The notes under the pieces are model-generated. The model saw nothing but the letters and a program-made list of their open reading frames with translations, made no database searches and had not been told where the DNA came from. The position numbers and the translations under genes were made by a program. DNA of 20,000 nucleotides from Malacoraja senta (taxonomy: Eukaryota), in NCBI GenBank assembly GCA_038087875.1, contig JAXLNO010000231.1:117579-137578 (forward strand), in the 5' to 3' direction. Positions within the stretch are counted from its first letter, which is position 1, and every line of letters starts with the position of its first letter. Positions 8,768-18,819 of the stretch are shown piece after piece.

Positions 8768-9560
8768 TTGAATTGAATTGAATTGAATTTCCTTTATTGT
8801 CATTCAAACAATAGTTTGAACGAAATTGCGTACCTTGCAGTCATGACAGAAAAAAAGCAACAAAACACATGATGAACACAATTTAACACAAACATCCATC
8901 ATCGTGAATCTCCAGGCACCTCCTCACTGTGATGGAAGACAAAAAGCCTTATCTCTCCCTTGCTCGTTCTCCCTCTGCGTCGAGGCGATAGACGTTCTCG
9001 ATGTTGAAAACCCCGCCGGGTGATGGGTAAATCCCGCGGCCGATTCCAAGCTCCGCGAAGGGGCCGACTCAAACTCCGCGACCCGGGGCGGACGAAGCCG
9101 CCACCCTCCAGTCCAGCTGTTGCGGGAGCTCCCGAAAACCAGTCACCAAGCAGGGACCTGCGAGCTCCCGATGTTACCGTCCACAGGGCCCGCGGCCGAT
9201 GCCCGCCAAGCTCCGAAGTCGGGTCGCAGCCACAGCGCCACCACAGCCTCCGAAGTCAGCCAGCTCCGCGTTGGGAAGTCCACAGGCTCTGCCACCGGAG
9301 CCCCCAAGTCCATTCCAGTTTGAGGCCGCCAGCTCCTCGATATTAGGCCTCAGTACAGACGCAGACGGAGATATGGCAAGGAAAAGGTCGCATCCCCGTT
9401 GAAGGAAGAGATTAAAAAATTCTTTCCCCCTCTCCCCACATATACACAACTAAATATAGACTAAAACATACGTCTAATAAGACAAAAGAAAACAAAACAA
9501 GACAAAGCCAGGCGACTGCAGGCGAGCCGCAGCTGCTTCCGGATGGAAGTGGCGGCGCAG
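8768..9560 (-). mobile_element. GC-rich non-coding retroposon 'A', SINE-like with Rex1/Babar-type tail
   Basis: The minus strand ends AATTTCGTTCAAACTATTGTTTGAATGACAATAAAGGAA(ATTCA)4. The body is CpG-rich with no recognisable protein. The 5' boundary is approximate. Confidence 0.75.
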
Positions 9561-9573
9561 GCCAGTTCCTCTT

Positions 9574-9660
9574 TCCACGTAGCTCCACCACCCAATCTAA
9601 AGCTCAAAGAGAAGCGGGTGGAAGAGTAGAAAATGTTTAAACAAATGTACGAAAATTATC
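9574..9660 (+). pseudogene. Gypsy gag N-terminal stub
   Basis: Translates to APPPNLKLKEKRVEE*KMFKQMYENY, like the PP.L......E.W..FKQ.(F/W)ENY start of Gypsy gag (W mutated to stop). It lies downstream of the LTR and PBS once element A is removed. Confidence 0.55.
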
Positions 9661-9664
9661 ATTA

Positions 9665-9973
9665 CATGACTACTGCCCCATAGAGTATCTCCCTATCAGT
9701 ACTACAACACAGTGTGTTATTACATCAGTACTACTCCACACTGTCACTCCGTCAGTACAACCCCACAGTGTGTCATTCCATCAGAACTACCCCACAGCGT
9801 GACACTTCATCAGTAGTATTACACAGTGTCATTTCATCAGTCCTACTGCACAGTGTGTCACGCCATCAGTACTACTGCACAGTGAGTCTCTCCATCACTA
9901 CGTCCACACCGTGTTTAACGCCATCAGTACTGCCCCATCGTGTGTCACTCCATCAGTACTATCCCACAGTGTA
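9665..9973. repeat. Diverged 29-bp minisatellite, about 10.7 copies (CATCAGTACTACCCCACAGTGTGTCACTC)
   Basis: CATCAG-type starts at 9665, 9694, 9723, 9750, 9779, 9808, 9835, 9864, 9893, 9922 and 9951. Confidence 0.92.
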
Positions 9974-10667
9974 TCAAATTGTGAAAGAGTGTAGCACATG
10001 TCAAGTAGTTGGAAAGAATGCACCAACAGTACCGCTACAGCCATGGAAATGGCCGGCTAGAGTGTGGCAAAGATTACTCGTGGACTTTGCAGAGTTAGAT
10101 GGACAACAATTGTTCACTGTGATTGATAGTCACTCCAAGTGGGTTGAGGTTTTTCCGATGAACAAAACGACATCCAGCAAAACAATAGACATTTTGCGAG
10201 GATTGTTTGCGTCCTATTGATTTCCAGAGGAAATTGTGTCTGATAACGGACCTCAATTCTGTTCACAAGAATTTGCACAATTCACGAAATGGAATGGTGT
10301 AAAACACACTAGAGTCATTCCATACCATTCCGCTTCAAATGGAGCAGCAGAACGCACAGTGCAAATTGTAAAACGTAATTTAGTCAAACAACTGCTGGAT
10401 CCAAATCCAACGAAAAGACAGTTGTCTCTGTCTCACAAACTGGCTAACTTTCTGATTACATATCGAAACACACCTCACACCACTACTGGTCAAACGCCAG
10501 CTGAACTGTTCTTGAAGAGAAAACCAAGAACAAGGTTTTCACTGCTGAAACCAAACTTGGCTCAAACAGTTGAAAAGAATGGGAAAAACAAAAAAGCATA
10601 TCATGACAGAAGTAATTAAAGGCAAGGAGTGTTGAGTGGAATCAGAAGTTAAAGGTGAAAAACATCT
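9972..10667 (+). pseudogene. Gypsy integrase: Zn-finger CxxC half plus DDE core, with a nonsense codon
   Basis: VKECSTCQ, PLQPWKWP..VWQRLLVDFA, VIDSHSKWVEV, SY*FPEEIVSDNGPQF, PYHSASNGAAERTVQ.VK and FLITYRNTPHTTTG.TPAELF. TGA at 10218-10220. Confidence 0.95.
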
Positions 10668-11538
10668 GGCCGACTTCGGGGATGTGGCGGGTTCTGGCGT
10701 TCCGGCGGCGGCGACCCGACTCGGGGCTGAGGTGGTGTTCCGGCGGCGGCGACCCGACTCGGGACTGAGGTGGTTTTCAGTACTTTATGTGGGGGGAAGC
10801 GGCTAGGGTAAGGGGGGAACCGTCCTTCAGTCGCTTCCTGGCGAGGATGCGGCTATTATCCGAGTCGCCTCCTCGCCACACACCCCCCCCACCTCCCCTT
10901 GCGGCCTACCAACTGGGACCGGACCAGAGTTTCAGCAGCTGCGGCGCTGTGCTCGATACATCGCGGAGCGGGCGAGGCGTTACCTGGGATCGCCGCTTGG
11001 AGCTCCGGAATGTTGGGCCGCTGCTACAGCATCGCGGAGCTGTGGGTGCGGAACTCCTAAGGCGGGCGTAGCTGACTAACAACGCAGTCCTGGGAATCTT
11101 TGCCGGGTGTCGGCAGCTCGAATCTCCTCCCAGCGCGGCCTGTGGACATCGGGAGCCGCGGACTCCGGTGGAAGGTGGAAGGTGGCCGATTCAGAGGTCC
11201 AGGCCGCTGAGGATGTTCTCCCGTTCGACGTTGGGGTTCCGTCGTTCCCGGCGAGAGGGCCTGAACATCGGGCCGCCCCTGGCGGCGACTGCGGGGTGCT
11301 TGGGACGCCCCGACCACGGGTGAACATTGGGGAACATCAGCGAGGAGGTTGACTGGACATTGGTTCCTTCCCTCAGAGTGGGGATCTTTGGTGTCGCTGT
11401 GGGGATGTTTGAGTTGTGGACTACTGTGTTCGGTGCTTTTGTGTTTTATTAAAATTTTATTTTTTGTATTACTGTGTGCGAAAGAGAATTTCGTTGTCTC
11501 TGAAATGAAGACAATGACAATAAATTAAATCAAATCAA
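10668..11538 (+). mobile_element. GC-rich non-coding retroposon 'B', both ends visible, inserted in the Gypsy integrase
   Basis: Flanked by ATCT at 10664-10667 and 11539-11542; removal gives ..GEKHLKWLPG... The tail is AATTTCGTTGTCTC..GAAGACAATGACAATAAA..(AAATC)n. A 38-bp tandem duplication lies at 10699-10774. Confidence 0.85.
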
Positions 11539-11542
11539 ATCT

Positions 11543-11979
11543 AAAGTGGTTACCTGGTAGAGTAGTGAGAACGTGTAGACCACGGACATACTTGGTCAAG
11601 ATGTTTGGAAGTGGGAAGGTGAGAAAAGTACACATTGACCATGTCATGCCTATGCAAGCACAGACAGGCTTGCAACCATATCAATTAGACGAGTCAGATA
11701 ATTTGGTTACCACTCAAGTACAGGTACCAACGGATGAACCAGAAATGGTACATGAAGGTACACAAGAAACTGAGAGCTTCAACCAGCCTGAAAATGGAGG
11801 TTCAAGTGTGGTTGACAGTCAACAAAATTGACTGATGGACTGGAATCTATGAATGTAGTTTAAAAGGAAGTCTTCACTCGATCAAAAATGAGTCCAAGAG
11901 GTTCTAAACAGTCAGAAAAATTTGGCAGAGACGATATCCAGACACAAGGAGAAATCCGTCGGTTAGGTTTAATTTGTGA
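11543..11979 (+). pseudogene. Gypsy integrase C-terminal region, unit 2
   Basis: Copy of 701-1138 (KWLPGRVV..PRTYLVK..VHIDHV; RRYPDTRRNPSVRFNL*). Confidence 0.85.
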
Positions 11980-12167
11980 AGTTTAATTTGGGAAATGCAC
12001 AGATCATTGCATATGCAACATATATGCCTGATCCCCTCATTTTATTCAGGTTATATAAAAGTAAACTAATATAAAAGATTGTAATATATTCATACCGTTT
12101 TTATTATATTCACAAATATCAACAATGTTATATTTTAAAATGTCAACAAGGCGATAACGTTTTCATT

Positions 12168-12299
12168 AAGTTGGGAGGAGTTATAATAGCGCCACCTTTA
12201 GTTGGAGCATTGTATATGGTTGAATAAACCACGCTGCAGTCATGTTCCGGTCACCAGTGAGTTAACTTGTTATTCTGTGTCTGAGCTCAAGATATCACA
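12168..12299 (+). mobile_element. PPT plus short Gypsy 3' LTR, unit 2
   Basis: Copy of 1326-1465 with a small deletion; ends GATATCACA. Confidence 0.65.
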
Positions 12300-12888
12300 G
12301 ATAGGAGTCAGGGGGTTTGTAGTAGATATTGGTCAGTAGTCGATTACCTGCGATGGAGATAGTGAGGTCAAGAAACGGTGGGGAGATATTGGAAATGGTC
12401 CAGGTGAATTTGAGTGCCGGATGGAAGTTAGTGGTGAAATGGATGAAGTCAGTGAGTACTGCATGGGTGCAGGAGGCAGCACCGTTGCAGTCGTCGATGT
12501 AGCGGAGGTAGAGTTCGGGGATAGGGCCACGGTATCGCCTCGAACAATGATATGGGCCCAGGCGCGAACCAATAGCTACGCCTTGGATTTGGAGGAAATG
12601 GGAAGAGTCAAAGAAAAAGTTGTTGAAGGTAAGGGCCTGCTCCGCTAGGCAGAGGATTATCAGTAGACATGGACTGGTTGGTTCTGTGGTCGAGGTAGAA
12701 ACGGAGGGCTTTAAGACCCTCCTGGTCGGGGATGGAGGTGTAGAGTGACTGGACATCCAATGTGAAGATGAGGGAATGGGAGCCTAGAAAACGGAAGCCA
12801 AGAATGGGATGAAGAGCGTGTGACGTGTCTGGGACATAGGTAGGGAGGGATTTGACCAGGGGGATAGGATGGAGTCGATGTATATGGA
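12300..12888 (-). mobile_element. Penelope-like RT fragment, unit 2
   Basis: ORF 12295-12756 has QIQGVAIGSRLGP, YLRYIDD and PFLDL. Copy of 1466-2054. Confidence 0.9.
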
Positions 12889-13195
12889 TTTTATGATTAT
12901 GTATAAAATCACGAGGAAAATAGATAAGGTAAATGCACTTTTACCCAGGTCGAGGAATCAAAAACCATCTTAGATATCGATATCGTCTGTTTCACATGGA
13001 CAATCTAGTCGCCATCATTCTACGAATATTCCCGCTCTGATCATAAATATCACTTTTCTCAGATGATTAGCATTGGTAAGGTTAGGCAAATGTTTACTAG
13101 TGTGATATGTACCGAGGAATAGTGAAACGCTTTTTTTGCTTCCGATCCACTCAGATCGGCTAGATCGTGCGTAGGTACCAAGTGTTCAAACTCAG

Positions 13196-13279
13196 AGGTA
13201 GACAAAAATGCTGGAGAAACTCAGCGGGTGCAGCAGCATCTATGGAGCGAAGGAAATAGGCAACGACCCTTCTTCAAAC
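13196..13279 (-). mobile_element. PLE terminal-repeat and hammerhead relic, unit 2
   Basis: Copy of 2660-2743 with the same core deletion. Confidence 0.65.
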
Positions 13280-13318
13280 ACCGATACATCAGATAGACCA
13301 AGGGGAATGTACAGAATA

Positions 13319-13475
13319 CTAAATATTGTTCGTGATGTGATGATCAATATTGTCTTTTATTTCTACGAATCCCAGAATTGTGCTTGTGTTTGTAAGGATG
13401 AACATCATTTGCTCAGCCCACATTGCATAATTCAGACCGCCGTGGAACTGGTCATGTGCAGTTGGTGAATTCGAG
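13319..13475 (-). other. Candidate exon Y, unit 2
   Basis: CTTTGCGTTTTTACAG|CTCGAATTC acceptor; copy of 2783-2939. Confidence 0.35.
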
Positions 13476-14078
13476 CTGTAAAAACGCAAAGTTTGTACAA
13501 TCGGCAAAACGTATCATTTCACTGTGCCGAGGTCCACAGCTGGAACGATGGATGATGCGTTGCTTCTGTGAACCATGGGACATCCCGCTGGGTTCGTGGT
13601 GTTGGGAACAATGAAGATGCGAAGGGCATTAGGTTTTAGCCACGTTTATTATCACATGTATCAAGGTACAGTCTAAAACTTGGTTGTGCATGCTGTCCAA
13701 ACTGATCAGATATAACATATACAGATTCAATTAGTTCAAACACGAGGACACAGAGTGGTGAGTCTTTGTATAAACTCAGAGGGTGGTCACTATGTGGATT
13801 CGCACAGGGGTTGGTAGGTATATAGAACGAGATGCTAGAGGAGATAGTTGAGGCGAAAACTATCACAAAATGTAAAGACATTTGGACGTAAATGTATAGG
13901 AAATGTTGAAAATGATCAGAGCCAAACATAGCAGGTGAGACTAGTGGAGATGGGGCACATTGGTTGGTTAGGGCAAGCTGGGCCGATGGTCTATGACAAT
14001 GTAAATAGATGAAGCAAAGTGGACGATACAGAGTGCAGAACACAGTTTTCGCCATTGTATCGCATCGTTGTTCATCAG

Positions 14079-14587
14079 TTTGTGAGACAACGCCCAATGC
14101 CACAATGGGTTAGAGGCTGTTGTGAGACAACGCCCAATGCCACAATGGGTTATAGGCTGTTGTGAGACAACGCCCAATGCCACAATGGGTTAGAGGCTGT
14201 TGTGGGACAACGCCCAATGCCACAATGGGTTAGAGGCTGTTGTGAGACAACCCCCAATGCCACAATGGGTTAGAGGCTGTTGTGAGACAACGCCCAACGG
14301 CACAATGGGTTAGATGCTGTTGTGAGACAATGCCCAATGCCACAATGGGTTAGAGGCTGTTGTGAGACAACGCCCAATGGCACAATGGGTTAGAGGCTGT
14401 TGTGAGACAATGCCCAATGCCACAATGGGTTAGAGGCTGTTGTGAGACAACGCCCAATCCCACAATGGGTTAGAGGCTGTTGTGAGACAACGCCCAATGG
14501 CACAATGGGTTAGACGCTGTTGTGAGACAACGCCCAATGGCACAATGGGTTAGAGGCTGTTGTGAGACAATGCCCAAAGCCGCAACG
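14079..14587. repeat. 40-bp minisatellite, about 12.7 copies
   Basis: Same unit as 4581-4990; starts every 40 bp from 14079 to 14559. Confidence 0.98.
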
Positions 14588-14779
14588 TGGCCGTCGGAAA
14601 CCAGCACCACTGCGTCACTAATGTTTTCTTGGATGATGAATGAATGAAGTTAGAGGCAAATTGACCAGAACCACAACTCTGGAGGGACTGTTCAGAGGCT
14701 TGGTAACGGAGGGTAACAAGCTATTCGTATGTCCCGTGGTGCGCAGTTTCAGAACTGACCTCGGACTCAATCATTTCAT

Positions 14780-15650
14780 ACATTGAAACATATAAAATAG
14801 GTGCAGGAGAAGGCCATTCGGCCCTTCGAGCCTGCACCGCCATTCAATATGATCATGGCTGATCATCCAAATCAGTATCCTGTACCTGCCTTCTCTCCAT
14901 AGCCCCTGATTCTTAAGCCACATGGGCCACATCTAACTCCCTTCTTAAATATAGCCAATGAACTGGCCTCAACTACCTTCAGTGGCAGAAAATTCCACAG
15001 ATTCACATGATGTGTGAAAAATGATTTTCTCATCTTGGTCCTAAAAGACTTCCCCCTTATCCTTAAACTGTGACTCCTTGTTCTGGACTTCCCCATCATC
15101 GGGAACAATCTTCCTGCATCTAGCCTGTCCAACCACTTAAGAATCTTGTAAGTTTCTATAAGATCCCCCCTCAATCTTGTAAATTCTAGCGAGTACAAGC
15201 CGAGTCTATCCAGTCTTCCTTCATATGAAAGTCCTGCCATCCCAGGAATCAGTCTGGTGAACCTTCTATGTACTCCCTCTATGGCAAGAATGTCTTTCCT
15301 CAGATTTGGTGAACAAAACTGTACGCAATACTCCAAGTGTGGCTTCACCAAGACCCTGTACAACTGCAGTAGAACCCCGCTGCTCTTATGCTCAAATCCT
15401 TTTGCTATGAATGCTAACATACCCTTCGCTTTCTTCACTGCCTGCTGCACCTGCATGCCTACTTTCAATGATTGGTGCACAATGACACCCAGATCTCGTT
15501 GCATCTCCCCTTTTCCTAATCGGCCACCATTCAGATAATAATCTACTTTCCTGTTTTTGGGGATTTATCGGCCTTTAATCCATTCCATTTATCTAACACC
15601 ACTTCCCGGCTAACCTGGATTTCACTCAGTTCCTCCATTTCATTTGACAT
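14780..15650 (-). mobile_element. CR1 LINE copy, unit 2, RT core deleted
   Basis: ORF 14872-15504 is the CR1 C-terminus. The junction CTGTTTTTG/GGGATTTATC at about 15559 joins the equivalents of 5972 and 6716. Confidence 0.95.
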
Positions 15651-15889
15651 GATTACATTACTCTTCATTTCCCTGTTGTTCAAAAAACAATTTCGCCCAG
15701 CTATATTTGTACTTGATAAATGAGCGTCACTATTTTCTGGGTAGGAGGTACAGTGTATTCAGATATGTTTGTCAGGATAAATTCCATCTTATCTCAGTCA
15801 CCCAATTCGTATTCTGAAACATTTATCCTTACTAAATTATCCAGCAACCCTTTGTGTATCTCGGTGAATATCCATCCTGTCAAGGCCTC

Positions 15890-16051
15890 TCAGAAGCCGA
15901 CATTTATTGTGTCAATAAAATCACTTGTCGTTGTTCCAAACTGCACAGAGTAGACGATCTGATAAACCGTTGGTGCTTTGACGGCCATTTTTACCGAGGG
16001 ATAAATCTCTACTTCAGTCTCTGCACCGAGCTGAAGACGCGTATCGTCCTC
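15890..16051 (-). other. Candidate coding exon X, copy c
   Basis: ATCTATCAAG|GAG acceptor; EDDTRLQLGAETEVEIYPSVKMAVKAPTVYQIVYSVQFGTTTSDFIDTINVGF*. Confidence 0.4.
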
Positions 16052-16089
16052 CTTGATAGATATAACGTCAAAGCAGAACAATCTGCGGC

Positions 16090-16406
16090 CAAGGGGAAAG
16101 GGGTAACTACAGAGAGAGTGGGACCTCTCATAAATCAAAGTGGTCACCTCTGCGTGGAGCCACAGGAGATGTACATGATCCTCAATAAGTATCTCCCCTC
16201 TGTATTTTTCGAGGATAAAAACAGTCGGATGGAGGATCTTGGGACAATCAATGGGAGTTTCTTGAGAGCAGTCAGTGTTACCGTCGAAGAAGTATTGAAG
16301 GTACTATCGTGTATCAAGGTAGACAATCTCCAGGGCTTGGGACATATCCGAGGACATTGTACGAAACTAGAGTGGGAATTGCGGGAGCCCTCGTTGAAAT
16401 TTACGT
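16090..16406 (+). mobile_element. CR1 ORF2 fragment, unit 2
   Basis: Copy of 7246-7562. Confidence 0.85.
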
Positions 16407-17034
16407 GGTCAAGATGCGGAATCAGGCCATTCGGCCCTTCGAGCCGGCACCGCCAATCACTGTGATCATGGCTGATCATCCACAATCAGTTCCCCGTTCC
16501 TGCCTTCTCCCTAAATACCTTGAATCTGCTATCTTTAAGAGCTCTATCTAACTCTTTCTTGGAACCATCCAGAGAATAGGCCCCCACTGCCTTCTGAGGC
16601 AAACAATTCCACAGATTCACAACTCTCTGGGTAAGAAAGTGCTTCCTCATCTCCGTTCTAAATGACTTGTCGCTTATTCTTAAACTGTGGCACCTGGTTC
16701 TAGACTCCTCCAACATCGGGAACACGTTTCCTGCCTCTAGCGTGTCCAATCCCCTAATAATCTTATACGTTTCAATAGCATCCCCTCTCATCCTTCTAAA
16801 TTCCAGTGTATACAAACCCAGTCGCTCCATTCTTTCAGCATCTAACAGTCCCGCCATCCCGGGAATTAACCGTGTAAACCATAGCAAGAACGTCCTTTCT
16901 CAAAATCGGTGACCAAAACTGCATACAATACTCCAGGTGTGGTATCTCCAGGGCCCTGTCCAACTGTAGAAGGACCTATTTGCTCCTATACTCAACTCCT
17001 GTGGTTATGAAGGCCAACATGCCATTAGCTTTTG
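16407..17034 (-). mobile_element. CR1 3' fragment, unit 2
   Basis: ORF 16486-16887; copy of 7563-8190. Confidence 0.92.
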
Positions 17035-17046
17035 TGACAATATCCA

Positions 17047-17261
17047 TGTAATTTATGCATACGAGCTGTACTCATTCTCACACATGCTCAGACTTGCGCA
17101 TATAATTATGTAAATCAGTCAGTGACCTTTAACTTGGAAATAAATCATTCTTGCTTTTGATTCCTACACGAGTGTGTGTGGAGCCATCTTTCTCCGTCTA
17201 ATATGTGCTAGTTTTACCTACATCATAAGCAGACACATATCAAAACATGGTGGCATCGGTG
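17047..17261 (+). mobile_element. Gypsy-type 5' LTR (17047-17247) plus tRNA-Leu PBS (17248-17261), unit 2
   Basis: TGTAATTT...TCAAAACA|TGGTGGCATCGGTG, a 13/14 match to TGGTGGCAGCGGTG. Confidence 0.68.
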
Positions 17262-17613
17262 AAAGTGAAGATTTGTGGATAAAATGGAGGCTATGATGAT
17301 TAGCAAAAATGCTTAGAAAAGCTTTCAGGAATCAGTGTTTCAATACTCAGCGACCGACTAGCTGCATGCATGAGTGGGATGATATGCAGGCGAGTGAGCA
17401 CACAACGATAAGACGCAGTGTGTAAATCAGTGCTGTGGGAGACTGCTTAAACATAGCACACGCTGCATGGAAACAGATAAAATAGTTTTGTTTCAATATA
17501 TTTTGTATATTAGTAGATGATATTAGAGAATATTACGCAAATTGCGCAGTCGTGCGTTGCGCTTAAAGCTAAACGATACGTAAGCGATTAAAAGCGACGG
17601 GATACTCTGATAT

Positions 17614-18406
17614 TTGAATTGAATTGAATTGAATTTCCTTTATTGTCATTCAAACAATAGTTTGAACGAAATTGCGTACCTTGCAGTCAAGACAGAGAAA
17701 AAGCAACAAAACACACAATCAACACAATTTAACACAAATATCTATCACAGTGAATCTCCAGGCAACTCCGCACTGTGATGGAAGACAAAAAGCCTTATCT
17801 CTTCCTTGTTTGTTCTCCCGCTCCGTCGAGGCGATCGACGCTCTCGATGTTGAAACCCCCGCCGGGTGATGGGTAAATCCCGCGGCCGATTCCAAGCTCC
17901 GCGAAAGGGCCGACTCAAACTCCGCGACCCGGGGCGGACGAAGCCGCCACCCTCCAGTCCAGCTGTTGCGGGAGCTCCCGAAAACCAGTCACCAAGCAGG
18001 GACCTGCGAGCTCCCGATGTTACCGTCCACAGGGCCCGCGGCCGATGCCCGCCAAGCTCCGAAGTCGGGTCGCAGCCACAGCGCCACCACAGCCTCCGAA
18101 GTCAGCCAGCTCCGCGTTGGGAAGTCCACAGGCTCTGCCACCGGAGCCCCCAAGTCCATTCCAGTTTGAGGCCGCCAGCTCCTCGATATTAGGCCTCAGT
18201 ACAGACGCAGACGGAGATATGGCAAGGAAAAGGTCGCATCCCCGTTGAAGGAAGAGATTAAAAAAATCTTTCCCCCTCTCCCCACATATACACAACTAAA
18301 TATAAACTAAAACATACGTCTAATAAGACAAAAGAAAACAAAACAAGACAAAGCCAGGCGACTGCAGGCGAGCCGCAGCTGCTTCCGGATGGAAGTGGCG
18401 GCGCAG
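17614..18406 (-). mobile_element. GC-rich retroposon 'A', unit 2
   Basis: Copy of 8768-9560 with the (TTGAA)n tail at 17614. Confidence 0.75.
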
Positions 18407-18510
18407 GCCAGTTCATCTTTCCACGTGGCTCCACCACCCAATCTAAAGCTCAAAGAGAAGCGGGTGGAAGAGTAGAACATGTTTAAACAAATGTACGAAA
18501 ATTATCATTA

Positions 18511-18819
18511 CATGACTACTGCCCCATAGAGTATCTCCCTATCAGTACTACAACACAGTGTGTTATTACATCAGTACTACTCCACACTGTCACTCCGTCA
18601 GTACAACCCCACAGTGTGTCATTCCATCAGAACTACCCCACAGCGTGACACTTCATCAGTAGTATTACACAGTGTCATTTCATCAGGCCTACTGCACAGT
18701 GTGTCACGCCATCAGTACTACTGCACAGTGAGTCTCTCCATCACTACGTCCACACCGTGTTTAACGCCATCAGTACTGCCCCATCGTGTGTCACTCCATC
18801 AGTACTGTCCCACAGTGTA
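18511..18819. repeat. 29-bp minisatellite, unit 2
   Basis: Near-identical copy of 9665-9973 with the same repeat-variant order. Confidence 0.92.

Larger units (their letters stand above)
1..10848. repeat. Large tandem repeat (macrosatellite or tandem segmental duplication), unit 1, 10848 bp; phase set by the window start
   Basis: GCGGCTATTATCCGAGTCGC occurs at 1, 10849 and 19694. All internal modules recur in the same order and orientation, and the ORF track shows paired ORFs (1461/12295, 2672/13208, 7010/15854, 9714/18560, 10236/19082). Confidence 0.97.

Noticed and set aside
9020..9449. Overlapping Pro/Arg/Ser-rich ORFs in elements A and B (also 255-805, 10787-11352, 19482-19916)
   Set aside because: Expected from stop-poor GC-rich DNA. 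Their identity between units reflects the homogenised tract, and no protein motif is recognisable.
14035..14085. Hammerhead-like CTGATGA...CGAAA on the minus strand (also CTGAAGA...GAAA at 7187-7214 on the plus strand)
   Set aside because: No proper stem II closes the core, and there is no stem III partner with an NUH cleavage site.
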